NCBI GenBank assembly: GCA_039794305.1
Contig: JBDIVX010000019.1
Location: forward strand, 424 to 64,423
DNA from: Polyangiales bacterium
GTDB taxonomy: Bacteria; Myxococcota_A; Polyangia; Polyangiales; JBDIVX01
Direction of reading: 5' to 3'
DNA: 64,000 nucleotides
How positions within the stretch are numbered: position 1 is the stretch's first letter; every line of letters begins with the position of its first letter. Positions 26,737 through 36,952 of the stretch are shown here, piece by piece. Made by a program: the position numbers and the translations under genes. The notes beneath the pieces are model-generated. The model searched no databases. It saw only the letters and a program-made list of their open reading frames with translations, and was not told where the DNA came from.

Positions 26737-27645
26737 ATGGACGAGCGCATCTACGACGGCGTGCTGGAGCTGGTCGGCGAGACGCCCCTCGTGCGCCTCT
26801 CGGGGATCTCGCCGGCCGGAGGCGCCGAGATCTGCGCGAAGCTCGAGGCGCACAATCCGGGCGGGAGCGTCAAGGACCGGCCGGCGCTGGCGATGGTCCT
26901 CACGGCCGAGAAAGAGGGCGTGCTCTCCCCCGGGGCGACGATCGTCGAGGCGACGAGCGGGAACACGGGGATCAGCCTCGCGATGATCGCCGCGGTGCGG
27001 GGCTACCGGTGCGTGCTGGTCATGCCCGAGGACATGAGCCTGGCCCGCCGCCACATCCTGCGCTCCTACGGGGCGGAGGTCGTGCTCACGCCCGCGCAGG
27101 AGGGGATGGCGGGCGCGGTGGAGCGGGCCGAGCGCATCGTCGAGGAGACCGACGGCGCCTGGATGACGCAGCAGTTCGAGAACCCCGCCAATCCCGACAT
27201 CCACGCCAAGACCACCGCCGAGGAGATCCTCCGCGCGACCGGCGGCGAGGTCGCCGCCTTCGTCGCGGGCGTCGGCACGGGGGGGACCATCACCGGCGTC
27301 GGCCGCGTGCTCAAGGAGCGCATCCCCAGCGTGCGGGTGATCGCGGTCGAGCCGCGCGCGAGCGCCGTCCTGTCCGGCGGCCGGCCGGGCCTGCACGGCA
27401 TCCAGGGCCTGGGCGCCGGTTTCGTGCCGGCGGTGCTCGACCGGACGCTGCTCGACGAGGTGATCACCGTGACCGACCTCGCCGCCGAGCGCATGACCCA
27501 GCGGCTGTCGCGCGAGGAGGGCCTGCTCGTCGGCCCGTCGTCCGGCGCGAACGTGCACGCCGCGGCCGAGGTGGCGAAGAAGATGAAACCGGGAGAGCGG
27601 GTGGTGACGGTGCTCTGCGACACCGGCGAGAGGTACCTGTGCTGA
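26737..27645 (+). CDS. cysK: Cysteine synthase A
   Basis: NPGGSVKDR (PLP lysine), EATSGNTG, QFENPAN, GVGTGGT, HGIQGLG, DTGERY. Confidence 0.95.
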   Translation: MDERIYDGVLELVGETPLVRLSGISPAGGAEICAKLEAHNPGGSVKDRPALAMVLTAEKEGVLSPGATIVEATSGNTGISLAMIAAVRGYRCVLVMPEDMSLARRHILRSYGAEVVLTPAQEGMAGAVERAERIVEETDGAWMTQQFENPANPDIHAKTTAEEILRATGGEVAAFVAGVGTGGTITGVGRVLKERIPSVRVIAVEPRASAVLSGGRPGLHGIQGLGAGFVPAVLDRTLLDEVITVTDLAAERMTQRLSREEGLLVGPSSGANVHAAAEVAKKMKPGERVVTVLCDTGERYLC

Positions 27646-28508
27646 CACGCGCATCCATCGTGGCTGCCCTCCTGCTCGTCACCGCGTCGGCGGAGGCGCA
27701 GTACCTCGGGCCTCAGCAGATCCGTCCGACCCGGAGCGCGCTCTGGGGCGAGCTCGGGTTCTACACGGGCGAGCTGCCAGGGCTCGCCGGGCTGCTCGAG
27801 GCCGAGGCGACGGTCTTCTCCCCGTTGATCGAGGGCTACTTCGGCATCGGCGACTCCCTCGCGATCGACTTCGCCTGGGGGTTCGGCCAGGCGACGGTCT
27901 CGTGGAACGCCGGCCCGATCGCGGGCGAGGAGTCGGAAGGCGGCCTCGTCGTGGGCAACCCCTTCTTCGGCGCGAGCTTCGTCTCTCGGAGCCGCAATGG
28001 GGTCCTGCGCGTGGGCGGCGGCGCGACCGTTCCGGCCGTGGACGCGGAGGGCGCGGGGAAGACGTTGGCCTGGCAGATCGCCATGGCCATGCGCGGTCTA
28101 TGGGACCTGTGGCTGTGGTGGCCCGATCGGCTGACCGTCGTGCCTTCGGCCCGCTACGACGGCAGGAGCGGCAGCGTCGAGTGGGCGGTCGAGGGTGCCA
28201 TGGGGCTGATGTTCTACACCGGCGACGGCGATCAGGAGACCGAAGTGCCCCTTCAGGTGGCGGGCGAGATCGGCGCGCGGCTCTCGAAGGCCCTCGTGCT
28301 CGGTGGCCGCCTCCAGACCTGGTTCCTGCCCACCGGCGAGGACGACCAGGACAACGCGCAGGTGGCGGTGGAGCCCTTCGTGCGCGTGGAGGGCGAGCAC
28401 GTCTTCGGGTTCGCCCGCTTCACGATCAACCTCGACGATCCCTGGGGATTCGCGTTCGACGACGACGGCGTGTGGGGCCTGCGCCTCGGCGGCGGCGCCC
28501 GGTTCTAG
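27639..28508 (+). CDS. Outer-membrane beta-barrel protein (hypothetical)
   Basis: Signal peptide ending SAEA, alternating amphipathic strands, C-terminal GGGARF. Confidence 0.7.
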   Translation: MLTRASIVAALLLVTASAEAQYLGPQQIRPTRSALWGELGFYTGELPGLAGLLEAEATVFSPLIEGYFGIGDSLAIDFAWGFGQATVSWNAGPIAGEESEGGLVVGNPFFGASFVSRSRNGVLRVGGGATVPAVDAEGAGKTLAWQIAMAMRGLWDLWLWWPDRLTVVPSARYDGRSGSVEWAVEGAMGLMFYTGDGDQETEVPLQVAGEIGARLSKALVLGGRLQTWFLPTGEDDQDNAQVAVEPFVRVEGEHVFGFARFTINLDDPWGFAFDDDGVWGLRLGGGARF

Positions 28509-28577
28509 ATCGGGGGCGAGAGACCCGAGCGCGTGGTTCCGGGCCCCCGGGTGCCGTCTCGTAACCTCTGCTCTCGA

Positions 28578-28607
28578 TTGACTTTTCGCGCTTCTCGCTG
28601 GTACCAA
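28578..28607 (+). promoter_or_regulatory. Sigma70-like promoter of the Glt/Nfs-like operon
   Basis: TTGACT-N18-TACCAA with an extended -10 TG, 8 nt before ATG28616. Confidence 0.5.
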
Positions 28608-28615
28608 GGTCGGCG

Positions 28616-29305
28616 ATGATGCGGGCCTCCCTCTGCCGGACCACCGTTCTCCGGTCGGTTCTCGCGCTCGCCCCGCTCGCAGCGCTCCTGGCGCCCGCCA
28701 CCGCCGATGCGCAGTGCATCGACGAAGCCATCCGGGACGAGCTCAACGCGCGCCGACGCTACCGCGGCGTGCAGGAGCGTTTGTTCCAGAAGGCCGGACG
28801 CCACGAGCTCAGCGTGATGGGTGGGCTGTACAGCGCGGACCTCCTGTCGAGCGATTGGCTGCTCCAGGGCGCGTACACGTTCCACGTGACCGAGGAGCTC
28901 GGCCTCGAGGCGGCGTTCGCGTACACGCGCGCCGACGCCGAGATCGTGCGGATCATCGAGAACGAAAGCGGCTTCACGCTCCTGCGCGAGCGGGCGCCGG
29001 TCTTCATCTACCAGGCGCACCTCTTGTGGTCGATCGCCTACGGCAAGCTGCGGTGGTTCGGCGGCAGCATCACGCGCTTCGACTTCCACATCGCGCTCGG
29101 CGGCGGCATCACCGACAACCAGACCGCCCGCGGCCTCACGTTCAGCGGCGGCCTCGGGTTCAAGTTCTACCTCGCCGAATGGCTCGCGCTCCGGCTCGAC
29201 GTGCGCGACCAGGTCCTTCAACAGGAAGTGCTGGGCGAGTCGGTGATCGTCAACAACATCGCGGCCACGCTCGGGCTCTCGATCTTCTTCCCGTTCGGGT
29301 TCTGA
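28616..29305 (+). CDS. Outer-membrane beta-barrel, GltA/GltB (NfsA/B)-like
   Basis: VQERLFQKAGRHELS, WSIAYGKL, FDFHIALGGG, GGLGFKFYL..WLALRLDVRD, C-terminal GLSIFFP. Confidence 0.8.
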   Translation: MMRASLCRTTVLRSVLALAPLAALLAPATADAQCIDEAIRDELNARRRYRGVQERLFQKAGRHELSVMGGLYSADLLSSDWLLQGAYTFHVTEELGLEAAFAYTRADAEIVRIIENESGFTLLRERAPVFIYQAHLLWSIAYGKLRWFGGSITRFDFHIALGGGITDNQTARGLTFSGGLGFKFYLAEWLALRLDVRDQVLQQEVLGESVIVNNIAATLGLSIFFPFGF

Positions 29306-29322
29306 GGCACAGGGGGGACGGC

Positions 29323-30153
29323 ATGCGCAGACAGATCGTCGGGCTTCTGGTCCTGCTCCTCTTGACGGTGATGCTGGTCGACTCCGCGGACGCCCAGCGT
29401 CGCCGGCGTCGCCGCCGGCCCGCGCCCCAGCCCACCGAGCAGACCGAGCCCCCCGCGCCCGATGCCGGGCAGGAGGAGCCGCCGGCGAACCCCTACTCCG
29501 GCGGCGAAGGCGAGGAGGCGGCCGGCGGCGACGCCGAGGCGCAGCCCCCGGCCGAGGCCCCGGCCGAGGGCGACGCGGAGCCCGCGGCCGAGACGGGCCC
29601 GGAGGCTCCGGCCGAGGGCGCGGCCGAGGGCGAAGCCGAGGGCGGCTACGACGACTACGCGCCGCTCGGTCCCGATCTCGGCCCGCTGCGATCCGAGTTC
29701 ACGTCCATCATGGACGAGCTGGTGCAGGTGCGCTCGCGGATGGCCGTGATCGGCCGGCAGCTCTTCCACACCAAGGTGCAGGTGCGCGTGCACAACCGGG
29801 CCGGAGGCGACAACACCCTGTCGCGGCTCGTCGTCTCCCTCGACGGCGCGCCGGTGCACCGAGGGGACGGCTCCGATCTCGGAGAGGACGTCCAGTCGAT
29901 CTTCGAAGGCTTCGCCGCGCCCGGCCCGCACGTCCTCACGCTCGAGGTCGAGCAGCGCCAGCGCGCCGACGACGATTACCGGTACACCATCCGCGACTCG
30001 TTCCGCTTCGTGGTCGAGCGCGAGAAGCTGACCGAGATCACGGTCGTGCTCGACGACGACTCGGACATGGGAGAGGACTTCGAGGACGACGGCGAGGCCG
30101 AGTACGACCTGAGCACGCGCGTGCGGGTCGCCACCCGCGATCTCGAGAGGTGA
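29323..30153 (+). CDS. Secreted protein: acidic Pro/Ala linker, coiled coil, Ig-like beta domain
   Basis: Signal peptide MRRQIVGLLVLLLLTVMLVDSADA; LSRLVVSLDG...PGPHVLTLEVE. Located within the operon. Confidence 0.75.
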   Translation: MRRQIVGLLVLLLLTVMLVDSADAQRRRRRRRPAPQPTEQTEPPAPDAGQEEPPANPYSGGEGEEAAGGDAEAQPPAEAPAEGDAEPAAETGPEAPAEGAAEGEAEGGYDDYAPLGPDLGPLRSEFTSIMDELVQVRSRMAVIGRQLFHTKVQVRVHNRAGGDNTLSRLVVSLDGAPVHRGDGSDLGEDVQSIFEGFAAPGPHVLTLEVEQRQRADDDYRYTIRDSFRFVVEREKLTEITVVLDDDSDMGEDFEDDGEAEYDLSTRVRVATRDLER

Positions 30154-30158
30154 TCGGA

Positions 30159-32192
30159 ATGCGCTGGGTCTGGCTCGTCTCGGTCCTGTGCTCGCTCGCC
30201 GTTCCCGCGGCGGCACAGGAACCGGAGCCCGAGGAGCAGCCGCCGAGCCGGGCCGCCCGCGGCGGAGAGGAGCCCGGCGGGACCCCGCTGTCGGTCTACC
30301 TCGACGCGCTCGCCGAGCGCCGGCTGCTCGCAGCCGAGACGGGCTCGGTCGAGCGGCTCCGCGAGCTGGTCCGCCGTGGCGAGGAGCTCTTCCTGTCGGG
30401 CCGGGACGACGAGGCCGCGCTCGTCCTGTTCGAGGTGGCCGAGAGCCCACGCTTCGCGGACTTCGTGTCGCTGGACGAGTTCCGCGGCGCCGAGTACATG
30501 CTCGCGCGCGCCCTCGAGCGGCTCGGCGCGCTCCGCACCGCCTCGCGCTATCTCGAGCGCATCCTCGAGCGCGGGCCCGAGGACCCCTACTTCGGACCGG
30601 CGTTCCGCAAGTTCGTCGACGTCTCGCTCTCGGGCGGGGATCCCGCGGCGTCGATCGCGCGCCTCGAGGCGGTCGGCGTGGATCTCGACGCCCTGCCGGA
30701 GGACGCGAGGAACGAGGTTCGATACCTGAACGGGTTCGAGCGCTACCAGGCCGGCGAGCACCGCGCGGCAGAGCAGCACTTCGCGGAGATCACCCAACGG
30801 AGCCGCTTCTACTCGAACGCGCAGTACCTGCGCGGCGTGATCGCAGCGCGCGAGGGCGAGCTCGAGGACGCCGAGAACCTCTTCTGCGCCGTCGCCGAGC
30901 AGGGCGACCGCAGCCAATTCAGCTTCTACGTGGACCAGCGCTACTTCGAGGTGAAGGACCTCGCGCGGCTGGCGCTCGGCCGCGTGGCGCACGAGGGCGG
31001 CCGCGCCGACGACGCCTTCTACTACTACTTCCAGGTCCCCGCCGACTCCGAGCGCGTCGCCGAGGCGCTCTTCGAGAGCGCCTACGCCATGTACGAGGGT
31101 GGCGACATGGACACGGCGGTCGATCTGCTCGACCAGCTCGAGGCGCGGTTCCCCGAGTCGCCCTTCGTCGACGAGGCGGCGCTCCTGCGCGGGTACGTGC
31201 ACCTCGGCCGGTGCGAGTTCGAGGAGGCGAACGGCCTGTTCGTCCGCTTCGCGCAGGAGTTCGAGCCGGTCGTGAGCGAGATCGACCGCATCCTCGCGAA
31301 CCCGGCGCGCCAGCGGCGTCTCTACGCCGAGCTGCTCGCCGAGGAGCAGCGCCAGGCCGAGCGCGCGCGGCGCGGCGAGGAGGCCGAGACGACCCCGCGG
31401 AGCCTGCTCCTCGCCATGCTGCGCGTCGACCCCTCCTTCTACCGCCTGCACGCGGACGTGCGCACGCTCGACGCCGAGGCGGCTCGCGCGAGCCGCCTCG
31501 CTCCGGAGATCGGCGCCATCGCGGCGCGCGTGGACGGGGCCGACGCGCCGCGGCCGGCCGCGGAGCTCGACGACGCGTGGGACGAGAGCGGGGAGCTCCG
31601 CGAAGACATGGAGGCTGCCCGCGCCATCCTGGCGAGCCTCACCGAGCAGCTCGACGTCATGCGGCGCGGCGGCGCCGAGAGCGAGCAGCTCCGGCCGCTC
31701 GAAGAGCAGGTCCGCGCCCTCGGGCGGCGCGTCGAGGAGCTCGAGCAGCAGCTCGAGGAGGCCACCGCGGAGGTCGCCGGCGGCGCCGAGACCGACGCCG
31801 GCGCGGCCGGTGACGACCTCGCGGCCCTTCTCCGCCGCGATCTCGGGCACGCCCGGCGCCTGCCGGCGCGCGTGGCGGCGACGCGCGCTCACCTCGTCGA
31901 CGCCGGAAACCAGTATGCCCTCGCGGGCCTTCGCGAGCTCCGGGGGCGGCTCGGCGGGAGCCTGCGGCGCGCTCGGATCGGTCGCATCGACGCCGTGATG
32001 GGCAGCAAGCGGCGCATCGAGATCCAGATCGAGAGCCTGGCCGCGGGGCGGTTCCCGCCCGAGCTGATGGACCCGCTGCGGATGCAGGGCCTGTTGCGCG
32101 ACGACGAGGAGTACTGGCCGTTCGAGGGCGAGCTCTGGGAGGACGAGTTCGACGAGGCGGATCCCATCGAGGAGATGGTGGAGGAAGAGTGA
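30159..32192 (+). CDS. TPR/coiled-coil protein, GltC/NfsC-like
   Basis: Signal peptide, TPRs, DLARLALGRVAHE, ALFESAYA, C-terminal EYWPFEGELWEDE signature. Confidence 0.75.
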   Translation: MRWVWLVSVLCSLAVPAAAQEPEPEEQPPSRAARGGEEPGGTPLSVYLDALAERRLLAAETGSVERLRELVRRGEELFLSGRDDEAALVLFEVAESPRFADFVSLDEFRGAEYMLARALERLGALRTASRYLERILERGPEDPYFGPAFRKFVDVSLSGGDPAASIARLEAVGVDLDALPEDARNEVRYLNGFERYQAGEHRAAEQHFAEITQRSRFYSNAQYLRGVIAAREGELEDAENLFCAVAEQGDRSQFSFYVDQRYFEVKDLARLALGRVAHEGGRADDAFYYYFQVPADSERVAEALFESAYAMYEGGDMDTAVDLLDQLEARFPESPFVDEAALLRGYVHLGRCEFEEANGLFVRFAQEFEPVVSEIDRILANPARQRRLYAELLAEEQRQAERARRGEEAETTPRSLLLAMLRVDPSFYRLHADVRTLDAEAARASRLAPEIGAIAARVDGADAPRPAAELDDAWDESGELREDMEAARAILASLTEQLDVMRRGGAESEQLRPLEEQVRALGRRVEELEQQLEEATAEVAGGAETDAGAAGDDLAALLRRDLGHARRLPARVAATRAHLVDAGNQYALAGLRELRGRLGGSLRRARIGRIDAVMGSKRRIEIQIESLAAGRFPPELMDPLRMQGLLRDDEEYWPFEGELWEDEFDEADPIEEMVEEE

Positions 32193-35100
32193 GCCGACGC
32201 GGGGCAGCCCTGATCGTCCTCGCGTGCGTCTTCGTGGCGCAGGGCGCCGAGGCGCAGCGGGGGCGCCGGCAGATGTCCCGCTTCCAGCGCCCCGCCGAGG
32301 AGCGCTCGATCGACGCGCCCGACGACGCCGCCGCCCCGACGCGCCGGCGCCGCGGCGAGGCCGCGCCCGAGAACATGGAGGAGGTCCTCTACCTCCGCGA
32401 GCGCCCCGACGCGCTCGGGAACGCGTCGAAGAATCACCGGAACCGCATGCTGCGGCGGCTCCTCCAAGAGCGCGAGCAGATCGTCGTCCACCGCCGGACC
32501 GAGGCCATCCGCCTGCTCGAGCAGTTCATCCGCGAGGAGCCGGAGGAAGCGGCCGAGATGCCCGACGCGCTCCTGCGTCTCGCGGAGCTGAAGTGGGAGC
32601 AGGCGAGGGTCGAGTACCTCCAGGCGTTCGCCGCCTGGCAGCGCGTGCCCGAGGCCAACCGGGGCCCCGAGCCACGTCCCTCGTACGACGAGCCGGTAGC
32701 CCTCTACGACCGGATCCTCGAGCACCACCGCGAATTCGGCCGCTACGACCTCGTGCTCTACATGAAGGCGTTCGCGATGCTCGAGAAGGGCGACCAGGAC
32801 GCGGCGCTCGCGCTCTACCGCCGCATCCTCGACGAGTTCCCGCGGAGCCGTTTCCGCCCGGACGCCCACTTCGCGTTCGCCGAGTCGGAGTTCACCGGCC
32901 GCTACGACTACGCGGCCGCGCTGGCCGAGTACGAGAACGTGATGCAGTACCCGGACAGCGGCCTCTACGACATCGCGCTGTTCAAGAGCGCCTGGTGCCT
33001 GTGGCGCCTCGACCGCACGCGCGAGGCGGCCACGAGGTTCCGCCAGGTGCTCGACCTCGGGCGCAACCGCGGCGCGATGACGGCCGAGCAGCGCCGCCGC
33101 CTGCAGGAGCTGCAGGACGAAGCGCTCGACTACCTCATCCAGGTGTTCGTCGAGGACGAGCGCAACACCGCGCAGGACGTGTTCACGTTCCTCGAGGAGA
33201 TCGGTGGCGAGCAGTACGCGAGCCGCGTCCTCACGCGCCTGAGCGAGACCTACTTCGGCCAGGCCCGATACGAGCGCGGCATCGAGGCGTATAAGCTGCT
33301 CCTCGAGATGGAGCCCGGATCGCCGGACGCGCCGGAGTGGCAGCGGATGATCGCGTCGGGCTACGCGGCGGTGGACGACGAGGAGCACACGGTGGAGGCG
33401 CTCCAGGCGCTCGCCGAGAACGCGCGCGAGGGTACCCCCTGGGCGCGGCTCCAGGCGGACCCGGAGGTGATCGAGCGCGGGCGCGCGCTCGCCGAGCGCT
33501 CCATCCGGCGCCAGGCGCTGATGTGGCACGAAGAGGGACAGCGTGAGGAGCAGCGCCCGAAGCTCGAGCACGCCTCGAACCTGTACGGGGTGTACCTCGA
33601 GCACTTCCCCGACACGCCTGCGTCCTACCAGATCCAGTTCTATCGGGCCGAGATCCTGTTCCACCGTCTCGAGCAGTGGGCCGCGGCGGGCGACGCCTAT
33701 CTCGGGGCGGCGCGCATGAACCCGCGCGGCGATTTCACCCGCGACGCGCTGTACAACGCCATCGGCGCCTTCGAGCGTGTGCGCGAGCAGGAGCTGGAGA
33801 ATTGCGACCGTGGATCGCAACCGACGCCGCCACAGGCTCCGGAGGCGCCCGCCGCCGAGCCGGCCGAGGCAGAGGAGGCGCAGGAGCAGCAGCCACGGCC
33901 GCAGCAGCAGGGGCCCGCCCGCTGCGGAGAGAGCGAGAACGATCGGAAGTTCTCGGCGGCCATCGAGCTCTACGTCGAGCTCTTCCCGAACGACCCGGAC
34001 CTCCCCGAGATCCTCTTCCGGCAGGGGCGGCTCTACTACGACCGGTCGATCTACGACCCGGCAGTGCGCCTGTTCGGGCAGCTCCTCGAGCGCTACCCGA
34101 ACAGCCAGTACGCCGAGCCCGCGGGCGAGCTCATCCTCGACAGCTTCAACCGAGCGCAGGACTACGCGAACATCGAGACGTGGGCGCGGCGCCTCAAGAG
34201 CGCTCCCGCCTTCCAGTCGGGCGAGCACCAGCGGCGGCTCGACGGGCTCATCCTGCAGTCGGTGTTCAAGCTGGGTGAGCAGCTCGCGGAGCGAGGCGAC
34301 CACGCGGGCGCGGCGAACGCCTACTTCCGGGCCGCCGAGGAGTTCCCGAACGACGATCGCGCCCGGCAGGCCTACTTCAACGCCGGGGTCGAGCGGCAGC
34401 GCGCCGGCGATCTGTCGGGCGCGGCGGAGGCCTACGACCGGCTCATCGAGCGCTATCCGGGCTCGGAAGAGGGAGCGATGGGCGCGTGGACGGCGGCGAC
34501 GATGTACGAGTCGATCGCGCAGTTCTCCGACGCGGCGCGGTACTACGAGACCTACGCCGAGCGCTTCCCCCGCGGCGAGAAGATCACCGACGCGCTCTAC
34601 AACGCGGTGCTCTTGCGCGTGACGGCGGGCGACTGGTCGGCGGCCGTCACCAACGGGACGCGGTTCGTCGAGCGCTTCCCGCGCGACGACGCGGTGGACG
34701 AGGTCTACTTCTTCGTCGGCAAGGCGCACGAGGGCGCCGAGGACTGGGACGAGGCCGCGCAGCTCTACCGGCGGTTCATCCGCAGCACGCGCAACCTGGA
34801 CCTCGAGGTCGAGGCGACCACCCGGCTCGCTCAGGTCCTGCTCGAGGCAGGCAACGAGCGCGGCGCGGCCCGGGCCCTCGACGACGCCGTACGGCTCGGA
34901 CGCCGCAACGCCTCGCGGCTCGGGCAGGGGCTCTACTACGCCGCCCAGGCGCGCTACATGCAGGGCGACCGGGTCCTCGCCCAGTACGAGGCGATCCGGA
35001 TCGAGGGAGACGTGGACGGGCTCCGCAGACGGCTGCAGCGCAAGAGCGAGCTCTTGCAGGAGGCCGCGCTCATCTACGCCGACGTCGTCGAGTTCCAGGT

Positions 35101-35476
35101 CGCCGAGTGGGTGACGGCGGCGCTGTTCCAGATCGGCAAGAGCTACGAGCTCTTCGCCGAGGGCCTCCGCGACGCGCCCATCCCGGAGGGGCTGAACGCG
35201 GACGAGGAGCAGAGCTACCGCGACCAGCTCGCGATGTTCATCATCCCGATGGAGGAGCGCGCGCTCGAGGCCTACGAGGGCGGCTACCAGAAGGCGCTCG
35301 AGCTGCGGATCTACAACCGCTGGACGCAGCGTCTGCGGGAGGGCCTCACGCGGCTCAACGACGTGCAGTACCCGCCGCTGCGCGAGATGGGCGGCGAGAT
35401 CGTCGAGGGTGAGCCGCTGCCCATGCCGGAGCCGCTCGACGGGCTCCGGCGCGGAGAGGAGGGAGGGGAGTCGTGA
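32189..35476 (+). CDS. Large periplasmic TPR protein, GltD/AgmU (NfsD)-like
   Basis: 1095 aa; DALLRLAELKWE, ALFKSAWC, AALFQIG..YE.FA..L..APIP.GL, IYNRWT. Confidence 0.82.
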   Translation: MSRRGAALIVLACVFVAQGAEAQRGRRQMSRFQRPAEERSIDAPDDAAAPTRRRRGEAAPENMEEVLYLRERPDALGNASKNHRNRMLRRLLQEREQIVVHRRTEAIRLLEQFIREEPEEAAEMPDALLRLAELKWEQARVEYLQAFAAWQRVPEANRGPEPRPSYDEPVALYDRILEHHREFGRYDLVLYMKAFAMLEKGDQDAALALYRRILDEFPRSRFRPDAHFAFAESEFTGRYDYAAALAEYENVMQYPDSGLYDIALFKSAWCLWRLDRTREAATRFRQVLDLGRNRGAMTAEQRRRLQELQDEALDYLIQVFVEDERNTAQDVFTFLEEIGGEQYASRVLTRLSETYFGQARYERGIEAYKLLLEMEPGSPDAPEWQRMIASGYAAVDDEEHTVEALQALAENAREGTPWARLQADPEVIERGRALAERSIRRQALMWHEEGQREEQRPKLEHASNLYGVYLEHFPDTPASYQIQFYRAEILFHRLEQWAAAGDAYLGAARMNPRGDFTRDALYNAIGAFERVREQELENCDRGSQPTPPQAPEAPAAEPAEAEEAQEQQPRPQQQGPARCGESENDRKFSAAIELYVELFPNDPDLPEILFRQGRLYYDRSIYDPAVRLFGQLLERYPNSQYAEPAGELILDSFNRAQDYANIETWARRLKSAPAFQSGEHQRRLDGLILQSVFKLGEQLAERGDHAGAANAYFRAAEEFPNDDRARQAYFNAGVERQRAGDLSGAAEAYDRLIERYPGSEEGAMGAWTAATMYESIAQFSDAARYYETYAERFPRGEKITDALYNAVLLRVTAGDWSAAVTNGTRFVERFPRDDAVDEVYFFVGKAHEGAEDWDEAAQLYRRFIRSTRNLDLEVEATTRLAQVLLEAGNERGAARALDDAVRLGRRNASRLGQGLYYAAQARYMQGDRVLAQYEAIRIEGDVDGLRRRLQRKSELLQEAALIYADVVEFQVAEWVTAALFQIGKSYELFAEGLRDAPIPEGLNADEEQSYRDQLAMFIIPMEERALEAYEGGYQKALELRIYNRWTQRLREGLTRLNDVQYPPLREMGGEIVEGEPLPMPEPLDGLRRGEEGGES

Positions 35477-36585
35477 GGATCCGGCACGTCTGGCTCGCGC
35501 TCGCGCTCTCGCTCTCGGCCTGCGGCGGGAGCAGCCCCGAGGTCGAGACCGCGCCCGTGGAGCTGCCGCCGGCCGATCCGCGCGCGGTGCGGGAGTTCGC
35601 CGCCGGCGTGCGGCTGATGCAGCGCGGCGGCAGGCGCAACACGCAGCGGGCACGGGCCAAGTTCGAGCGGGCGCTCCAGATCGACCGCTACCTGTGGGAG
35701 GCCCACTACAACCTCGGCGTCCTCGACCGGCGCGCCGGCGAGATGCGCTCGGCGATCCAGCACTTCGAGGAGGCGCGCCGCGTCCAGCCCGGCGCCACCG
35801 AGCCGCTGCTGGCCCTCGCGGAGGCGCGGTACGCCATGGCCCAGCGCGACGAGGCGAGCGAGCTCCTGTCCGCTTACGTCGAGTCACACCCCGACGCGGT
35901 GGACGCACGCGTGGCGCTCACGACGATGCTGCGCGAGCGCGGCGAGCACGACGACGCGCTCGAGCAGGCGCGCGAGGCGCTGATCCGCGATCCGTCCAAC
36001 GTGCGCGCGCTCATCGAGATCGGCCGCATCTACCGGGCGCGCGAGCAGTACGACGTGGCCAACCTCGTGTTCCGGAAGGCGCTGGACCTCTCGCCGGACA
36101 ACGCGGCGATCCACAACGACCTCGGCCTCGTCGCGCTGGCGCGCGGCGACACACAGGCCGCGTTCGTCGAGCTCGCACGCGCCATCGAGATCGACGCACG
36201 GTACGCCCCGGCACGCATGAACCAGGGTTCGGTCCTCCTGCACGCGGGGGACTACGAGGGGGCTGCCCGTGAGTATCGGGCCGTGCTCCAGTTGGACGAG
36301 GAGGACCTCGACGCGCGGGTGGCGCTCGCGGCCGCCCTGCGCGGCGGGGGAGAGCACGGGCAGGCGAAACGCGAGCTCGACCGCGTGCTCCAGGCGGCGC
36401 CGAACCACCCCGCGGCGCTCTTCAACCTCGCGGTGCTCCGGGCTGAGTTCCTCGACCAGCGACCCCAGTCCCGCGAGCTGTTCCAGCGGTTCCTCGAGGT
36501 GGCGCCCTCGGACGCGCCGCAGCGGGAGATGGCCGAGCGCTACCTGCGCGAGATCCCCGCGCCGGGTGGGGGAGGAGGTGGGTGA
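35473..36585 (+). CDS. TPR lipoprotein, GltE/AglT (NfsE)-like
   Basis: Lipobox LSAC, EAHYNLG, multiple TPRs, ALFNLAVL. Follows the GltD-like gene. Confidence 0.78.
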   Translation: MRIRHVWLALALSLSACGGSSPEVETAPVELPPADPRAVREFAAGVRLMQRGGRRNTQRARAKFERALQIDRYLWEAHYNLGVLDRRAGEMRSAIQHFEEARRVQPGATEPLLALAEARYAMAQRDEASELLSAYVESHPDAVDARVALTTMLRERGEHDDALEQAREALIRDPSNVRALIEIGRIYRAREQYDVANLVFRKALDLSPDNAAIHNDLGLVALARGDTQAAFVELARAIEIDARYAPARMNQGSVLLHAGDYEGAAREYRAVLQLDEEDLDARVALAAALRGGGEHGQAKRELDRVLQAAPNHPAALFNLAVLRAEFLDQRPQSRELFQRFLEVAPSDAPQREMAERYLREIPAPGGGGGG

Positions 36586-36941
36586 TGAGGGTTCGGAGGA
36601 TCCTCCTGTGTGTGCTTCTGAGCAGTCTGGCGGGAACTTCCGTCGTCGCGGTGGGTCAGGACAGGGGTGGCGCGCGGCCGGAGGCCCGCGCCCCGTCGGC
36701 CGGCGCCGAAGGTGAGGAAGGGACCGACATCGACGTCGACACGGACGAGGTCGCGGAGGGCGAGGGCGAGAAGGTGAAAGTCTACGAGTTCAGCGGGCTC
36801 GACATCTCTGGACGGCTCAAGTCGCCGCAGCTCCTCTACTTCCTGAACCGGCTCCGCGCCGAGTTCGATCGGCCGCGGCTTCCGCATCGCTCGTTCATGC
36901 CCGAGCTGGTACGCTCGACCAAGGGCAAGGCCTTCCACTGA
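36585..36941 (+). CDS. Small secreted protein, GltF/CglF (NfsF)-like
   Basis: Signal peptide; YEFSGLDISGRLKSPQ...RSFMPELVRST. Lies between the GltE- and GltG-like genes. Confidence 0.72.
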   Translation: MRVRRILLCVLLSSLAGTSVVAVGQDRGGARPEARAPSAGAEGEEGTDIDVDTDEVAEGEGEKVKVYEFSGLDISGRLKSPQLLYFLNRLRAEFDRPRLPHRSFMPELVRSTKGKAFH

Positions 36942-36952
36942 GTCCATCGGGC

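Noticed and set aside
31889..35908. 1339-aa antisense ORF and similar long Arg/Ala/Pro-rich ORFs across the window
   Set aside because: Antisense or off-frame shadows caused by stop-codon scarcity at high GC; no motifs.
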